62,780 bases of DNA from positions 1-62,780 of the IMG/VR virus record IMGVR_UViG_3300007609_000001. One strand, written 5' to 3'. Positions 23,804 through 34,623 of this stretch are shown here, one piece after another. The notes beneath the pieces were generated by a model. That model had not been told where the DNA came from, searched no databases, and saw only the letters and a program-made list of their open reading frames with translations. Origin of the DNA: a virus. Its lineage: Duplodnaviria > Caudoviricetes. Made by a program: the position numbers and the translations under genes. The number at the start of each line of letters is the position of its first letter. Positions within the stretch are counted from its first letter, which is position 1.

Positions 23804-26800
23804 ATTCCCCGTCGTAAACGTAGTTTCTCATTCTGCGAATTTGCGGAGCCAGCCGTGCTTGGAACTCACGCTCGCGATCTATCCGATTACGTTTTTCTTC
23901 AGGTGACAAGTTAGAGTTTTGAATTTGCTCTATCCGGTTGTTGCTCTTTCGCAGCGTACTTTCTACTCGGTTTATTTGCGTGCGGACTTGCAGCAGTCGC
24001 TTGCTGTCCTCCATGATCTCTTGCACGCGCTCAACATCTCCGCGCTCCCTTGTTAGATTCAATGAGCCAACCGCTGCCCGAACTTCATCTCTGAGCTTGT
24101 AGAAGTCTTGCTTAAACCCGCTGCCTTGCGTGCGGTTAAATAGCACACGAGCTACTGGGTAGTCGGCAAGCTCCCGCTGCGTCTTTTTCTCGCCCGTTGC
24201 CTTTTCATACATAATATCTGTAATAGTCAACGCATTGCCGCCTAACGTACCTAGATACCCTTTTAGCAAATGGTCTGCCACTAGCGGCGATATACCCACG
24301 TTGGCAAACAGCCTAGCCAGCTGCGAAGTGCTCTCACGGTACTGCTCGTCAATCTGTTTATACTGCTCGCCCATGCCAACAATAGGCGCACCGGTGAAAA
24401 AGTTGTAGTTGACCATCGCCTCTAACGACGGCTTTATTAGCTGTGGCGTAAAGTTCGGCCCAAAGACTGCGGTAGTAAACGCATCTCTAAGTTCTACAGC
24501 TGTTTTCTGAGAGTCGAGGTCGTCCCGCATCATGCCCATTACTGCTGCTTCTGGAAGCGCTTTTGTTATAAACGCAAGGTCTGCAGGCATAGCCAGCTTT
24601 AAGGCAGGGCGATCATCGCCCGTTGGTATTAAGAAAAAGCGTGACCGTATGTGCGGTGGTTGATTAACGTACTCTTCGTCGTCAGCGTTCATCAACGCAT
24701 AGAGCCCGCTGAGTATGCTGAGTTTCATCATAGCGCCCCAAAACACACCTAGCGCTTGGGTTTTTTCTGCCTGACTTAAACCTCGGCCTACCATAGACTT
24801 ACCCAAAACGTTCATGCCTTGAGCGTACGCATTCATAAATGGGATAACCTGACGCAACACTGACGCAAACTGGCTAGTGCCCCGACGGTTAAAGTTAATA
24901 ATTTCTGAGGCACGCCAGAATGCTAGCGTCTCGTTGTTTGTCTCCGCTAGGGTTTGGTCGTACACGGCTTTTCGCTGCGCTAAGTCTGAGGCTTCAGCGT
25001 TACGCTCGCCCCACCGCAGCAGCCATGCCAGCGGTTGGTTAGAAAATGTCAGCTCCTCACCTAGCGCTGCTGCCTCTGCTGTTTGCCTTGCCTGCTCGGG
25101 CATGTAGTCAAATTGCCCGACAATACCGTAGCGGTTAAGGTTTTCTTCTCCAAAGGTGCCTCGCCGTAAGTCTTGGCGGATGTTCCACCAACTTGTGCTT
25201 ACTCGCACTGCACCTCTAGCTGGGTTCTTCAACCCCCCAAAACCATACGAGCGGAACGTATCCTGCTGTATCTGGCTGAGAATAAAGTCAGGCGACAAAG
25301 TAATGCCTTTACGCAGGAAGTTAGCTAGCGCCGCAAAAGGACGAAGCATGGGTATATTGGCTGATTCTGTGCCCCGCCAAGCATACGCATCTAACGGATC
25401 GTGCAGCACCGCAAATCTTAATTTGCCGTTTTCTTTCCACGAAATAGCGTTCGGCCGATCTGCTGCAGGAACCTGCTGTAGCGACGCGTACTCTTCTTTA
25501 ACCCCAGTACCGGGGCTTTGCGCTTCGACCTCTCTAAGGCCACGTACCATTTCTCTGGCAGCATGGTTGCGCACCGCCGCTTGAGTCATCCACATAGACA
25601 ACTTAGCCATATTATCAATGACGTTATCTATCTCACGGGGAGAGCCGCGTAGGCGTTTAATCTCACCAATTCTCATCAACCCACTTGTGTGGACTTCATA
25701 CCCACTGGCGGTGCCGGGGTCAGCGTCATCCAACAAACGGTTAAACGGCACATAAGCTACGTTGTCTTTGAGTTCTGCAGCATACTCTTTAGACACTACC
25801 CCTGCCTCTACCATTGCGTCGATCTGCCCGTTTTTAAATTTGGTAAACATATCAAACGCATTCTGGAGCTCAGGGTACTGGTTGAACAGTTTAACTAGTT
25901 CCCGGTTTTCGCGTTGCCGCTCTGCAATCTGCTGGCCGTCTAGGTTGGGGTATAAGTCAACAATACCCTCTTCTATCTGGCTCGCTTCTTTTTGCCGACC
26001 TCGGGCTCTTTGGGCGTCAGCTTTGCGCTGCAGCTCAGCATTGTTTCTGTCTATTTCCAGCTCTCGCTGTGCGATAGTCGCAGCGTGAAACCGATTAACG
26101 GCGTTAGTGTGCCCTATACGATCACCGAGTTTGCCAAGTTCTGCGTTAACATCTGTAATTGAAGGCACCCCATCCCGGCGAACAGCGTTCCACAACCCAG
26201 TTGTTCGGTCTAGCACTAAAGAGCCCGCTCGTAACACTGACGCTGCTAAGCCCTCGGAGCGCAGGGATTGCACGTAGGAGACCATGGGGTTGATGACGCC
26301 TTGTGAATTAACTACGGCGTTGTTATACAGCCGCATAATTTTGTCTTCGACAGTAGCGGCCGCGTCTATCATGCGGACCCTGAACGTGTCTCGCAGCCTC
26401 CACTCACCCGATAGAATGTTTTTAACGTCTTTCGCCGGATTAGATTTGTTCTGCGGCGAGGGGGCCCGAGCTTCTGCTAGCGAATCAAACCCATCGTTAA
26501 CAGGCCGCGCGGCTTCCGCACGTCGGGAAAAGTTTACTTGATCGTAGAAACTATCATCGACCGGGGCATTCGCAATGTCTTCTTGCGTTGGATCAGGAAC
26601 TTCCTTGCGCCCTTCTGCAATATCACGGACGTGCTGCCCTGCTTCTTCTACGTCAAACCCACGATACCCTTTATCCCACGCACGCTGCATGGTGTGCGCA
26701 GCCATAGTTTCGGGGCGTAAAAACACTCGACTCTTACGCAAGGCGTTGCGCCCACCTTCCACGTGCATAGCCGCTTCATAAATTAACTGATCCAGCAACA

Positions 26801-29800
26801 CATCGGCTGGGTCTACAAAGCCTAGTTTAGATAACGCTGCACGAACACGGCGGACAATGTTATCCCACGCCCGGCGAATGCCGCTGTCTGAAAGATAGCT
26901 AGCTTTAGACTCAGCGATGTGTGCGATGATTTCGCGTGCTTCTTGTTTGTCATTCAGGGCGTACTCGCCTTGCGGGTTAGTGTACTCGCGGCGAATTGCC
27001 TCAATGATGCGCCTCATGCGCGCGTTGCCAGATTTAAGTTTGTTGATCTGGTTAACAAGGTTGTTAAACGCTGAGCGGCCCAGCAACTGCTCCATGCCTG
27101 CATGGCCTACGACTTCGTGAGCTAGCACAGTCTCAAAATCAAATTCACTTACCGCATCAGCAACGATGTACACCTTGCCTTTGTAGTAAACGCCTCGCAC
27201 ATTGGTCGGTATATCTAAGTCTGGAATATCAGTTGATGACTGAACAACCTCAACTTCAACCGTGTCTTTAACTCGATTAAGTAATTTAGAAAACGTCTTT
27301 TTGAGGTCTTCCGCTTTTGACAACTGCTTGTTCACGAACGGCGCGCGGCTAAATACGATATCTGTATCGTCGTCGATTGGCCCGAGGTCTTCTTGAACTT
27401 GTGCGTCAATCTCAGCATCAGTGGCGGCGCGCGTAACGCCTGCAGCCTGTCTAACAGACTGTATCTGACGATCCATGCTAAGTGCTGCTGATGGGTTGGC
27501 CGTGAAGTATTCGTAGTCACGCACCTCGTTGTAGACGTGCATGATGGCCTTAGCACGAGCTTGCTCACCGCGTTGAATTTTCTGCCTAAAGTCTTCAAGC
27601 TGCTCATCACTCAGCACGCCGTCTTGGTTAGCTTGGTTAAGCACCGCGTTGGTGTTTGTTTCCGTCGGGGCAGTGATTGCTCGTTGCAAAGGCAGCGCGA
27701 TAGGCGGCAGGCCTTCTAGTGTAGCGTCGCTAGCTGGCACTCCATCTGTGTCTGTACTAGCAGGTGCGCTACGGCGGCCCACTCCTCCGGCATCAGGTGT
27801 TTCACTTGGCTCGGCGGCTCCGGTTCGTTGTTCTCCACCCACGTCCACGCTAGGCTCAGCTGCTCGCTCGTCAGCTGCAGGCTCCGGTTCGCGACGTGCA
27901 GCACGACGACCGCCTCGTCGTCTCGGCGTAGGTTGTTCAGCATCTTCAGTGGGCCGTCCCGCATCTTCTACCTCCGGGGCAAATTCATTAGCAATTGCAG
28001 ATTCTATCTTGTCAATGGCAACAGGGTTTACTTCTCCTGTGGAGTCGTTTACTTCGCCAAACATACGCGCGATATATCTTGCGCGAAAATTAGGGCGGTC
28101 CCTCATCCCGTCAACATTGAACCCCGCAATGCGCTGCTGCAGGGTTTTTCCGTTTGATTCCGCAGTTACGCCAATAGGAACCCCGTTACCGTCACGCGAA
28201 AATGTAATTTCTGCATTCTGCCAGTCCGAATCATCCCAGTTTGTTTCAGGGTGCGGAAATTGACTGTTACCGTTAGTAAGGGAGCTCTGTTTATTTTCTA
28301 AAAAATTGGTTAAGCGCGGAGCGTACGTTTGCGCCCACTCTGGGTACACCATCCGGTATGTATTTAGCTCAGCTAATAACTCATTAGGCGACGCTAAGTA
28401 TTTGTGGTCTTGCAAGGCAACGCGCTGCTGGTCAAAGTTCCCATACAGCGCTGTAGATATGTTGATCAATTCCGCTTCAATTTCTGCAGGGTTGTTGCGC
28501 ACTAACGCGTCAAGCTCACTCGCGTGGTTAGAGTGAGTCAGGTGGCCAGCTTCATGGGCCAGCACCCGATAATACAAAAAGTCTTTGTTTTTGTTGTAGA
28601 ACTTGTCAGTGTTAAGGAATAGCGTCGAGTTAAACACCACTCCCAACGGTTGAGGCAGCTCGTAAACAAATTTACTTGTGCGTGGAGTGAGTTTAGGGTA
28701 AGCCTGTTCCACCCGCGAAGACAGCTCCTGACGCTGCTCATCACTTAGCGTCTGCGTCCACTGAGACAGTGGCGACGCATCCAGATCAGACTGAATTGAT
28801 GGGAGATGATTAGCTTCGCGGTCAGGGTTAGTAGTTGGGTTAGCGTTGGGGTCAACAAGCTCCCCTTGCGGAACATCTACGCCTTGGTTTTCATCAAAAT
28901 TAACCGAAACGCTAAACCCGCCGTTTACCTGCCCAGTGCCAATAAGCGTAGTTTGAATAGTTTGATCCGTTTGAGTAGTTTGCTCCGGTGCGCGCGCGTC
29001 TCGGGAGGTGCTAGTAGTCGCATCAAAAGTTGGGCTTTCTCTAAGACGTCTACGCTCAGCATCAATGACTTCAGTCTGTTGGTCAAACGCTCCTTCTACC
29101 GTCTCCACGCCGCTAAACAAGTCGCCTCTGGGCTCTGGCTGGGCAAACAAGTCAGGTTGTTCTGGCTGCACTTCTCCACGCGCTTCGCGGTCAAGGCGGC
29201 GCTGCTGCGCACGGCGCTGGTTAGACAGACCTGATTTTAAACGCCCCCACTGCTGAGTACCGAGCTGGTTTCTTGCTTCCTGCTCGATAGCCTGAGTGAT
29301 ATCTGGATCGTTAAGCGCTTGCGCTTCGGTAAACTGCTGCACAAAGTCCGACGCTGCTACTTTCTGGCCTGTTTCTAACTGGGGCGCGGTGTCCTCGACA
29401 TACTGCATGTCCAGCTCAAAGTCGGCGGCTTCTTGTTCGGCCATCTGGTCGAGCCCACGTTCACGCATCTGGGCTTCTTCTTGCCGTTGTCTTAACTGCG
29501 TACGGGCGACATCTTTCCACTCTTGAGTCAGCGGAATACGACCAGTTGCCTGCTCTCGCACACGTTCCGCTTGCCGGTCTACTAACTGCCGGCGCAAAGC
29601 AGCGCGACGTTGCTCTTCTTGGGTTTGAGCCTCGGCTTCACGGCGCTGGGCTTGGGCACGAGCACGGTAGTCTTGCTCTTCCTGCATACCCCGCTCGACG
29701 GCAAAATCTACGTCTTCTTGCAGCGCTCTACGAGGGGCTGCTTCCCGCTCAGCTTGCTCAAGCCCAATCCGCTCGCGCTCTGCCCGCAGCGCTTCAGCTT

Positions 29801-31805
29801 GCTGTTCAGTAGCTTGCAGTTCTTGGCGCATCCGCTGAGAAAAGGGCTCGACCCACTGCGCATCTCGGTTCTCGATCTCGGCTAACTCACTTTCTACCTG
29901 CGCACGTTGCTCAGGGTCAGTAAGGTCACGGCCTTCAAAGCGTTGCGCAATTTTCTTAAAGTTAGCACGCACACGATCAGGGCGACGCGCTTGCGCTGGT
30001 AAACCAAACTCTGCAAGACGCTCTTCGGTAAGCACATTAGGCTCAACCGGAGTGCCTAGTTCTAACTCTCGTTGTGGGCCGCCAAAAGTCTCACCCGCTT
30101 GCCGCCGACGTGCCGCTTCTATGCGCTGCCGTGCTTGGTCTCGGGTTTCTGCTTCTGCTTCGACTGCACCGCTTGTTTCTGGCGTTGGTTGATAAAAGCC
30201 AAGTAAGTCAGGTTGCGCACTTTCAAAAGTAGTTGCCGCTGCTTCCGCTGGGCGAGGGTTAAGAATCAACTCGTTCTGCAGTCTATCCCGCTCTTCAATA
30301 AGCCCGCGACGTACTTGTCGACGTTCACTCGGAGTTAGGTCTCCAAATACTTGGTTAAAATCAGCAAGTTGGCTTTCGATGGCGTCTAGTTGCTCTTGAG
30401 TAGAGCGGAAATCAAACCCACGCTGCCCTGACGGTCCACGCACAGAAGGCTGCCCTGCTGCTGGTGGTTGTAAATCTAGCTCACCTTGCCGTTCGGAAAT
30501 GCCTAAATCGCCTGAAGGTTCAAGCTGGAACTCAGGCTCTGGTGTAGTTTCTGCAGGTGGGGCGGGCGGCCCTTGGACTTCGGGCAACGCTCCCGGCTCA
30601 AACCCCGGTAAATCTTGCTGCTGCATAACGCCAGCTGTGCGACGTTCTGCTTGTTGCCTTGTTTGTTCTTGGGCTTCTTGCTGAGCTTGTTGTTGTAGCG
30701 CTTCTACAGCGCGACGGTCTCTGCGCCCTTGCACAACTCCTGCTGGTAGACCAAAAGCCCCGCCTAAAACTGCGCCAAAACCAGCTTGCGTACCGACGCC
30801 GGCCATTGGGTCTATATCTGCACCAGCGTCGATTGCGCTGATGTTTGAAAGATAAGCTCCACTACCTTCCTCTACACCTTCTTGAGCCGCTTCACCTAAC
30901 GTTCCGCGAGCAGCACCTCTTAGCACGGGGGCTCTACCAGCCGCCTGTGCGGCCGCCTCTGCGGTGTCTTGCGCAACTCCGCGACCAACATTAGCTGTTT
31001 GCCTGCCAATCAAAGCTCGCTCAACCGCTCCACCGCCGGGGATAGCAAACGTGGTAGCAACGGTGATGCCCCCTGCTTGAACGGCATCTTTTAGCCCTTC
31101 TTGGCGCGCGCGCTCATTAGCTTCTACAGGGTCTACCCCCTGCGACACTAGCTCGTCATATACGCGGTCATAGGTCTCCATGCCGACGTCAGCACCTTGA
31201 AGCGCACCAGCAGCAGAAGCCGCGCCGCCTACGCCGATGTTACTTAGTGCCCGTTCAGTGCCCTCTCGGAAAAATACTTCGCCGGTCTCCCGGGCCAACC
31301 TACCTGCTCTTGCTATGGGAGCGAGCTGTGCAACCTGCTCGGAAGCAAACTGCGCTAAAAGACTAGGATTACTAAGGAGCTCCATTGCACCAGCACCTAA
31401 CTCGGGCAAGAACCCCTCACCCTCCACTTCAGCTAAGCGCTGGTCCATGAGCTGTTGACGTGCTTGGATTTGAGGTGTTGTCGCTTCAGACAGCCCTTCT
31501 CGCATGCCGCCAAAGATGTCTTGGACTTCCATGCCAACTGCTTCTGCGCCAGACAACTGAGCAATACCACCTGCTGACTCTGCTACTCTGGCTGCACCAC
31601 CAGCAAGGCCTAGTCCTAAGTCACGGGCGGTGCCAAACACTCCACGAGATTCTTCTGCGGTGGATTCTAGCTGGCGTTGTTGCAGCGTTTGCTGTTCAGC
31701 GATGCTATACGCTTGGTTTCTTGCTTGATCACGAGTGAGCATCGTCGGGGATTCAAACTCTATAGTCTGCCCGTCCGGCGTCTGAAAAGAGTATTTATAC
31801 GCCAC
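23802..31805 (-). CDS. Giant internal virion/ejection polyvalent protein (2667 aa; LPD38-like C-terminus, zincin-like motifs)
   Basis: Last gene of the structural arm; LAHEAGH and LAHEVVGH motifs; INFNRRG...IPFMNAYAQG...NYNFFTGAPIV. Confidence 0.75.
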   Translation of the reverse strand: MAYKYSFQTPDGQTIEFESPTMLTRDQARNQAYSIAEQQTLQQRQLESTAEESRGVFGTARDLGLGLAGGAARVAESAGGIAQLSGAEAVGMEVQDIFGGMREGLSEATTPQIQARQQLMDQRLAEVEGEGFLPELGAGAMELLSNPSLLAQFASEQVAQLAPIARAGRLARETGEVFFREGTERALSNIGVGGAASAAGALQGADVGMETYDRVYDELVSQGVDPVEANERARQEGLKDAVQAGGITVATTFAIPGGGAVERALIGRQTANVGRGVAQDTAEAAAQAAGRAPVLRGAARGTLGEAAQEGVEEGSGAYLSNISAIDAGADIDPMAGVGTQAGFGAVLGGAFGLPAGVVQGRRDRRAVEALQQQAQQEAQEQTRQQAERRTAGVMQQQDLPGFEPGALPEVQGPPAPPAETTPEPEFQLEPSGDLGISERQGELDLQPPAAGQPSVRGPSGQRGFDFRSTQEQLDAIESQLADFNQVFGDLTPSERRQVRRGLIEERDRLQNELILNPRPAEAAATTFESAQPDLLGFYQPTPETSGAVEAEAETRDQARQRIEAARRRQAGETFGGPQRELELGTPVEPNVLTEERLAEFGLPAQARRPDRVRANFKKIAQRFEGRDLTDPEQRAQVESELAEIENRDAQWVEPFSQRMRQELQATEQQAEALRAERERIGLEQAEREAAPRRALQEDVDFAVERGMQEEQDYRARAQAQRREAEAQTQEEQRRAALRRQLVDRQAERVREQATGRIPLTQEWKDVARTQLRQRQEEAQMRERGLDQMAEQEAADFELDMQYVEDTAPQLETGQKVAASDFVQQFTEAQALNDPDITQAIEQEARNQLGTQQWGRLKSGLSNQRRAQQRRLDREARGEVQPEQPDLFAQPEPRGDLFSGVETVEGAFDQQTEVIDAERRRLRESPTFDATTSTSRDARAPEQTTQTDQTIQTTLIGTGQVNGGFSVSVNFDENQGVDVPQGELVDPNANPTTNPDREANHLPSIQSDLDASPLSQWTQTLSDEQRQELSSRVEQAYPKLTPRTSKFVYELPQPLGVVFNSTLFLNTDKFYNKNKDFLYYRVLAHEAGHLTHSNHASELDALVRNNPAEIEAELINISTALYGNFDQQRVALQDHKYLASPNELLAELNTYRMVYPEWAQTYAPRLTNFLENKQSSLTNGNSQFPHPETNWDDSDWQNAEITFSRDGNGVPIGVTAESNGKTLQQRIAGFNVDGMRDRPNFRARYIARMFGEVNDSTGEVNPVAIDKIESAIANEFAPEVEDAGRPTEDAEQPTPRRRGGRRAARREPEPAADERAAEPSVDVGGEQRTGAAEPSETPDAGGVGRRSAPASTDTDGVPASDATLEGLPPIALPLQRAITAPTETNTNAVLNQANQDGVLSDEQLEDFRQKIQRGEQARAKAIMHVYNEVRDYEYFTANPSAALSMDRQIQSVRQAAGVTRAATDAEIDAQVQEDLGPIDDDTDIVFSRAPFVNKQLSKAEDLKKTFSKLLNRVKDTVEVEVVQSSTDIPDLDIPTNVRGVYYKGKVYIVADAVSEFDFETVLAHEVVGHAGMEQLLGRSAFNNLVNQINKLKSGNARMRRIIEAIRREYTNPQGEYALNDKQEAREIIAHIAESKASYLSDSGIRRAWDNIVRRVRAALSKLGFVDPADVLLDQLIYEAAMHVEGGRNALRKSRVFLRPETMAAHTMQRAWDKGYRGFDVEEAGQHVRDIAEGRKEVPDPTQEDIANAPVDDSFYDQVNFSRRAEAARPVNDGFDSLAEARAPSPQNKSNPAKDVKNILSGEWRLRDTFRVRMIDAAATVEDKIMRLYNNAVVNSQGVINPMVSYVQSLRSEGLAASVLRAGSLVLDRTTGLWNAVRRDGVPSITDVNAELGKLGDRIGHTNAVNRFHAATIAQRELEIDRNNAELQRKADAQRARGRQKEASQIEEGIVDLYPNLDGQQIAERQRENRELVKLFNQYPELQNAFDMFTKFKNGQIDAMVEAGVVSKEYAAELKDNVAYVPFNRLLDDADPGTASGYEVHTSGLMRIGEIKRLRGSPREIDNVIDNMAKLSMWMTQAAVRNHAAREMVRGLREVEAQSPGTGVKEEYASLQQVPAADRPNAISWKENGKLRFAVLHDPLDAYAWRGTESANIPMLRPFAALANFLRKGITLSPDFILSQIQQDTFRSYGFGGLKNPARGAVRVSTSWWNIRQDLRRGTFGEENLNRYGIVGQFDYMPEQARQTAEAAALGEELTFSNQPLAWLLRWGERNAEASDLAQRKAVYDQTLAETNNETLAFWRASEIINFNRRGTSQFASVLRQVIPFMNAYAQGMNVLGKSMVGRGLSQAEKTQALGVFWGAMMKLSILSGLYALMNADDEEYVNQPPHIRSRFFLIPTGDDRPALKLAMPADLAFITKALPEAAVMGMMRDDLDSQKTAVELRDAFTTAVFGPNFTPQLIKPSLEAMVNYNFFTGAPIVGMGEQYKQIDEQYRESTSQLARLFANVGISPLVADHLLKGYLGTLGGNALTITDIMYEKATGEKKTQRELADYPVARVLFNRTQGSGFKQDFYKLRDEVRAAVGSLNLTRERGDVERVQEIMEDSKRLLQVRTQINRVESTLRKSNNRIEQIQNSNLSPEEKRNRIDREREFQARLAPQIRRMRNYVYDGE

Positions 31806-31819
31806 GCTGCGCTCCTAAT

Positions 31820-33418
31820 TTACTGTGTTTCGACTAAAGCGTCAGGCCCAAAGTCTAACACGCCAGCGCTCCCACCTCCGCTGCCTAACGCACCCCCCAT
31901 AAGCTCATTTATTCGCTGCCTAAGAGAGTTTATACGTTGCTGAGCAGCTAGCTGGTCTTCTTCTTCCATAACAGAAAAACCTTCAGCCAGTTGTTTTTGC
32001 TCTGTTTCAAGTAAACTGAGTAAGTTATCTATCTCACCTTGGTTTGCTCTAACGGCTGCATTAGCAGCTGAAGCCTGAGCTGCTTGGCGGCGAATGTCAT
32101 TAGCTTCACGAGCAACCATCAAGTCAGTCATATCAGCGCTGATTTCACCTTGTCGCTGGGCAGCGGCGTCTTGAGCACTAGCAAACGCCGATAGGCCTTG
32201 AATACCACCTTCACCTAGCGCACCTAAAAAGTCTGGGTTGTCGCTCGCCATCATGCTAAGCCCAGTTTGAATAAGCGCTTGGTTAATCGCATTGCGGCGA
32301 GATTCATCTTGAGTGCGATCTCGTTCTTGTTGAAGCTCACGCATAAGCTGCATAAGCCCATCTTCCCGGACTGGTTCTGGCTCACGAGGGCGGTTTTCAT
32401 CGTCACGAGTAGTAGCGGGACGGTACTGCGGCTCATCCCGAGATACTCCTCGTTCCTCAGCAGACAATGGCCCTGTAGAGTTAATAATCCGTCCACTAGG
32501 ATCGCCTTCTTGCATGCCGTACTGATCTCGCGCATTTTCTCTAAACCGCCGCAACGTTGTGCCTGTTCCTTCCCAAAAACTAGAATCGGTAGGAGGGCTT
32601 TGGATATTGCCTTCTGGGTTAAAGAAGACACCGCGATTATTTGGCCCGCGAGTTGGGTCGTACAGCCACCCTTCTCTGCCCGGCACAGGAACACCCCCCG
32701 GAGTGTATGCCGACTCTCTGTCAGACGTAGTAGGCGTCGGAGTTGGCTCTGCAGCAGGCTCTTCATCCGACCCAAACAACCCGCCAAAAAACTCGCGAGT
32801 TTGATCTGCTATACGCTCATAGCGCGACGGTTCATCCGCAGGGCCTTCAGGTGCCTGCGCCGGCTCGCTTGAATCATCACCATAAATAGCAGGTACAAAA
32901 CTTGACCCTTCGCGCATAAGACTTTGAATCGCCTGATATTCTGTAGCATTAGGGTCCGTAGCCTGCAGTTCTTGGAGGCGTTTCTGGACTTCAATCTCAG
33001 CCATCTCGTCAGGCGGGATCATGCCACCTTCTTGAAAAGTTTTACGCTGACCGGTACGCGGCGTCTCCATCTGCGGGCGGTCTGGCGGGCAGTATTTCTC
33101 GCCGGTGCTCTCGTCCACCCAGCAAGCCTCGTCTTCGCCTTTTAACCGTCCGGTCTTGCCACCTTCGGCAAAGCTAACAATGCCGCCCTCAGCCATCTCC
33201 ATAGGGCGAGTAGGCACAGCAGCAATCCCACCCATAATATCCTCGGCCACACTGCGGTCTGAAGTCTCCTGTGGTTGAGCAGAGTCTTCACGGACTTTCT
33301 TGCGGCGTTGCATCTCAGCTAATACTAGGTACTGCGGAGCCGATCCACCCTGCATTGTCTGCATAAGCTGGCGGTCTGAAAGGTCTTTTAGGCTATCCTG
33401 CATCTTAACTATATTCAT
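31820..33418 (-). CDS. Internal virion (ejection) protein
   Basis: Position; MAEGG/FAEGG motifs; GLSMMAS...GALGEGG. Confidence 0.6.
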   Translation of the reverse strand: MNIVKMQDSLKDLSDRQLMQTMQGGSAPQYLVLAEMQRRKKVREDSAQPQETSDRSVAEDIMGGIAAVPTRPMEMAEGGIVSFAEGGKTGRLKGEDEACWVDESTGEKYCPPDRPQMETPRTGQRKTFQEGGMIPPDEMAEIEVQKRLQELQATDPNATEYQAIQSLMREGSSFVPAIYGDDSSEPAQAPEGPADEPSRYERIADQTREFFGGLFGSDEEPAAEPTPTPTTSDRESAYTPGGVPVPGREGWLYDPTRGPNNRGVFFNPEGNIQSPPTDSSFWEGTGTTLRRFRENARDQYGMQEGDPSGRIINSTGPLSAEERGVSRDEPQYRPATTRDDENRPREPEPVREDGLMQLMRELQQERDRTQDESRRNAINQALIQTGLSMMASDNPDFLGALGEGGIQGLSAFASAQDAAAQRQGEISADMTDLMVAREANDIRRQAAQASAANAAVRANQGEIDNLLSLLETEQKQLAEGFSVMEEEDQLAAQQRINSLRQRINELMGGALGSGGGSAGVLDFGPDALVETQ

Positions 33419-33420
33419 GA

Positions 33421-34614
33421 CTAACCTCGACCTCCGTACTGCGTTTGGCCGCTATTGATAGTATTGTACGCGCCGAGACCTGCAATACCCGCGCCGGCTA
33501 ACTGAGTGCCAAACCCAGCACTAGGCTGATAGGAAATAGTCTCCTGCTGCACAGGCACCGGTATGCCTCTAAGCATCGCGTTGTAAAACGCCAACTGCTG
33601 CCGCTCGTAGTCCCGCGCGTTAACAAAGTCTTGAAACGCTTGGTCTAGTTGCATCTGAGCGATTCTTTGTTCTTCCTGCCCAATCGCAAATTTGGCTTGA
33701 TTACGCGCAATGTCAACGTTCTGCTGAGTCTGACCTAACACGCGTTGCGCATCCGCTGCGCGGATCGCCATGTCTACCGCATCCTGACCGTACTGCGCTG
33801 CGAACTGGTTAGCAGCCTCTTGGTTTGTCGCTACTTGCATAGCCAAATCAGCAGCGAACTGACGGTCCTGCTCGGTCATCTGGTCTGCAGACTGCGCAAA
33901 CTGTTCTTGTTGCTGGCGTGCTGCCTCTTCTTGCTGTTGTGCAGAAAGCCCCATTTGCGCTTGCTGCTGTTGCATGCCTTGCTCAGCGCCAAACTGTTCA
34001 CGGCCTTGCTGGTAGGCAGTCTGCATGCCAGTCGCTTCAATGTCGGCTAGGCGGTCAAGGTACTCAGCTTCTTGCTCTGCCTCACGAACGCCAAAACGGC
34101 TACCACCGAAAGCGCCTGCTTGGACAGCCTCTGCAGCCGTCGCTGCGCGCCCTTGTTGGTATTCTTGCGCAGCCTCACGTTTCTGCACGTCAAGAACTTG
34201 GCGCATGTAGGGGTCCATGTACTGCTCAGCAGTCTCAGCATCAAACGTGCCTGCTTCATAGCCGGGGTCAAACTGCCCAGCCTGATAAGAAGAATCATAC
34301 GGCGTTGCTTCATAATCAGTAGAAAACTCAGTTGGGTCGTAGTCCATGCCAGCAATTTGGTTAATAGACTCACCAAGCGTAACTTCCGCCGCATCGAGCA
34401 CGGGAGGGCGCTCCATACCATAAATAGCATCAGCTGCCATCTGCTGGCCGGTTGAAAACCCAGCAATGCGCTCACCTGTATAAGGTGTATACGGGCGCAA
34501 GGACTCAGCCTGAGTCCGGGCCATCATTTCTTTGTAATACGGCTCCGCATACTCTGGGAGATTGGTACTATAAGATGTTTGTTCGGTTGTGCCACCGCCG
34601 CCACCGCCTACCAT
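33421..34614 (-). CDS. Internal virion / DNA transfer protein
   Basis: GGGGGG start, YMDPY, GAFGGSR, Gln/Ala-rich. Confidence 0.7.
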   Translation of the reverse strand: MVGGGGGGTTEQTSYSTNLPEYAEPYYKEMMARTQAESLRPYTPYTGERIAGFSTGQQMAADAIYGMERPPVLDAAEVTLGESINQIAGMDYDPTEFSTDYEATPYDSSYQAGQFDPGYEAGTFDAETAEQYMDPYMRQVLDVQKREAAQEYQQGRAATAAEAVQAGAFGGSRFGVREAEQEAEYLDRLADIEATGMQTAYQQGREQFGAEQGMQQQQAQMGLSAQQQEEAARQQQEQFAQSADQMTEQDRQFAADLAMQVATNQEAANQFAAQYGQDAVDMAIRAADAQRVLGQTQQNVDIARNQAKFAIGQEEQRIAQMQLDQAFQDFVNARDYERQQLAFYNAMLRGIPVPVQQETISYQPSAGFGTQLAGAGIAGLGAYNTINSGQTQYGGRG

Positions 34615-34623
34615 AGCAACACC

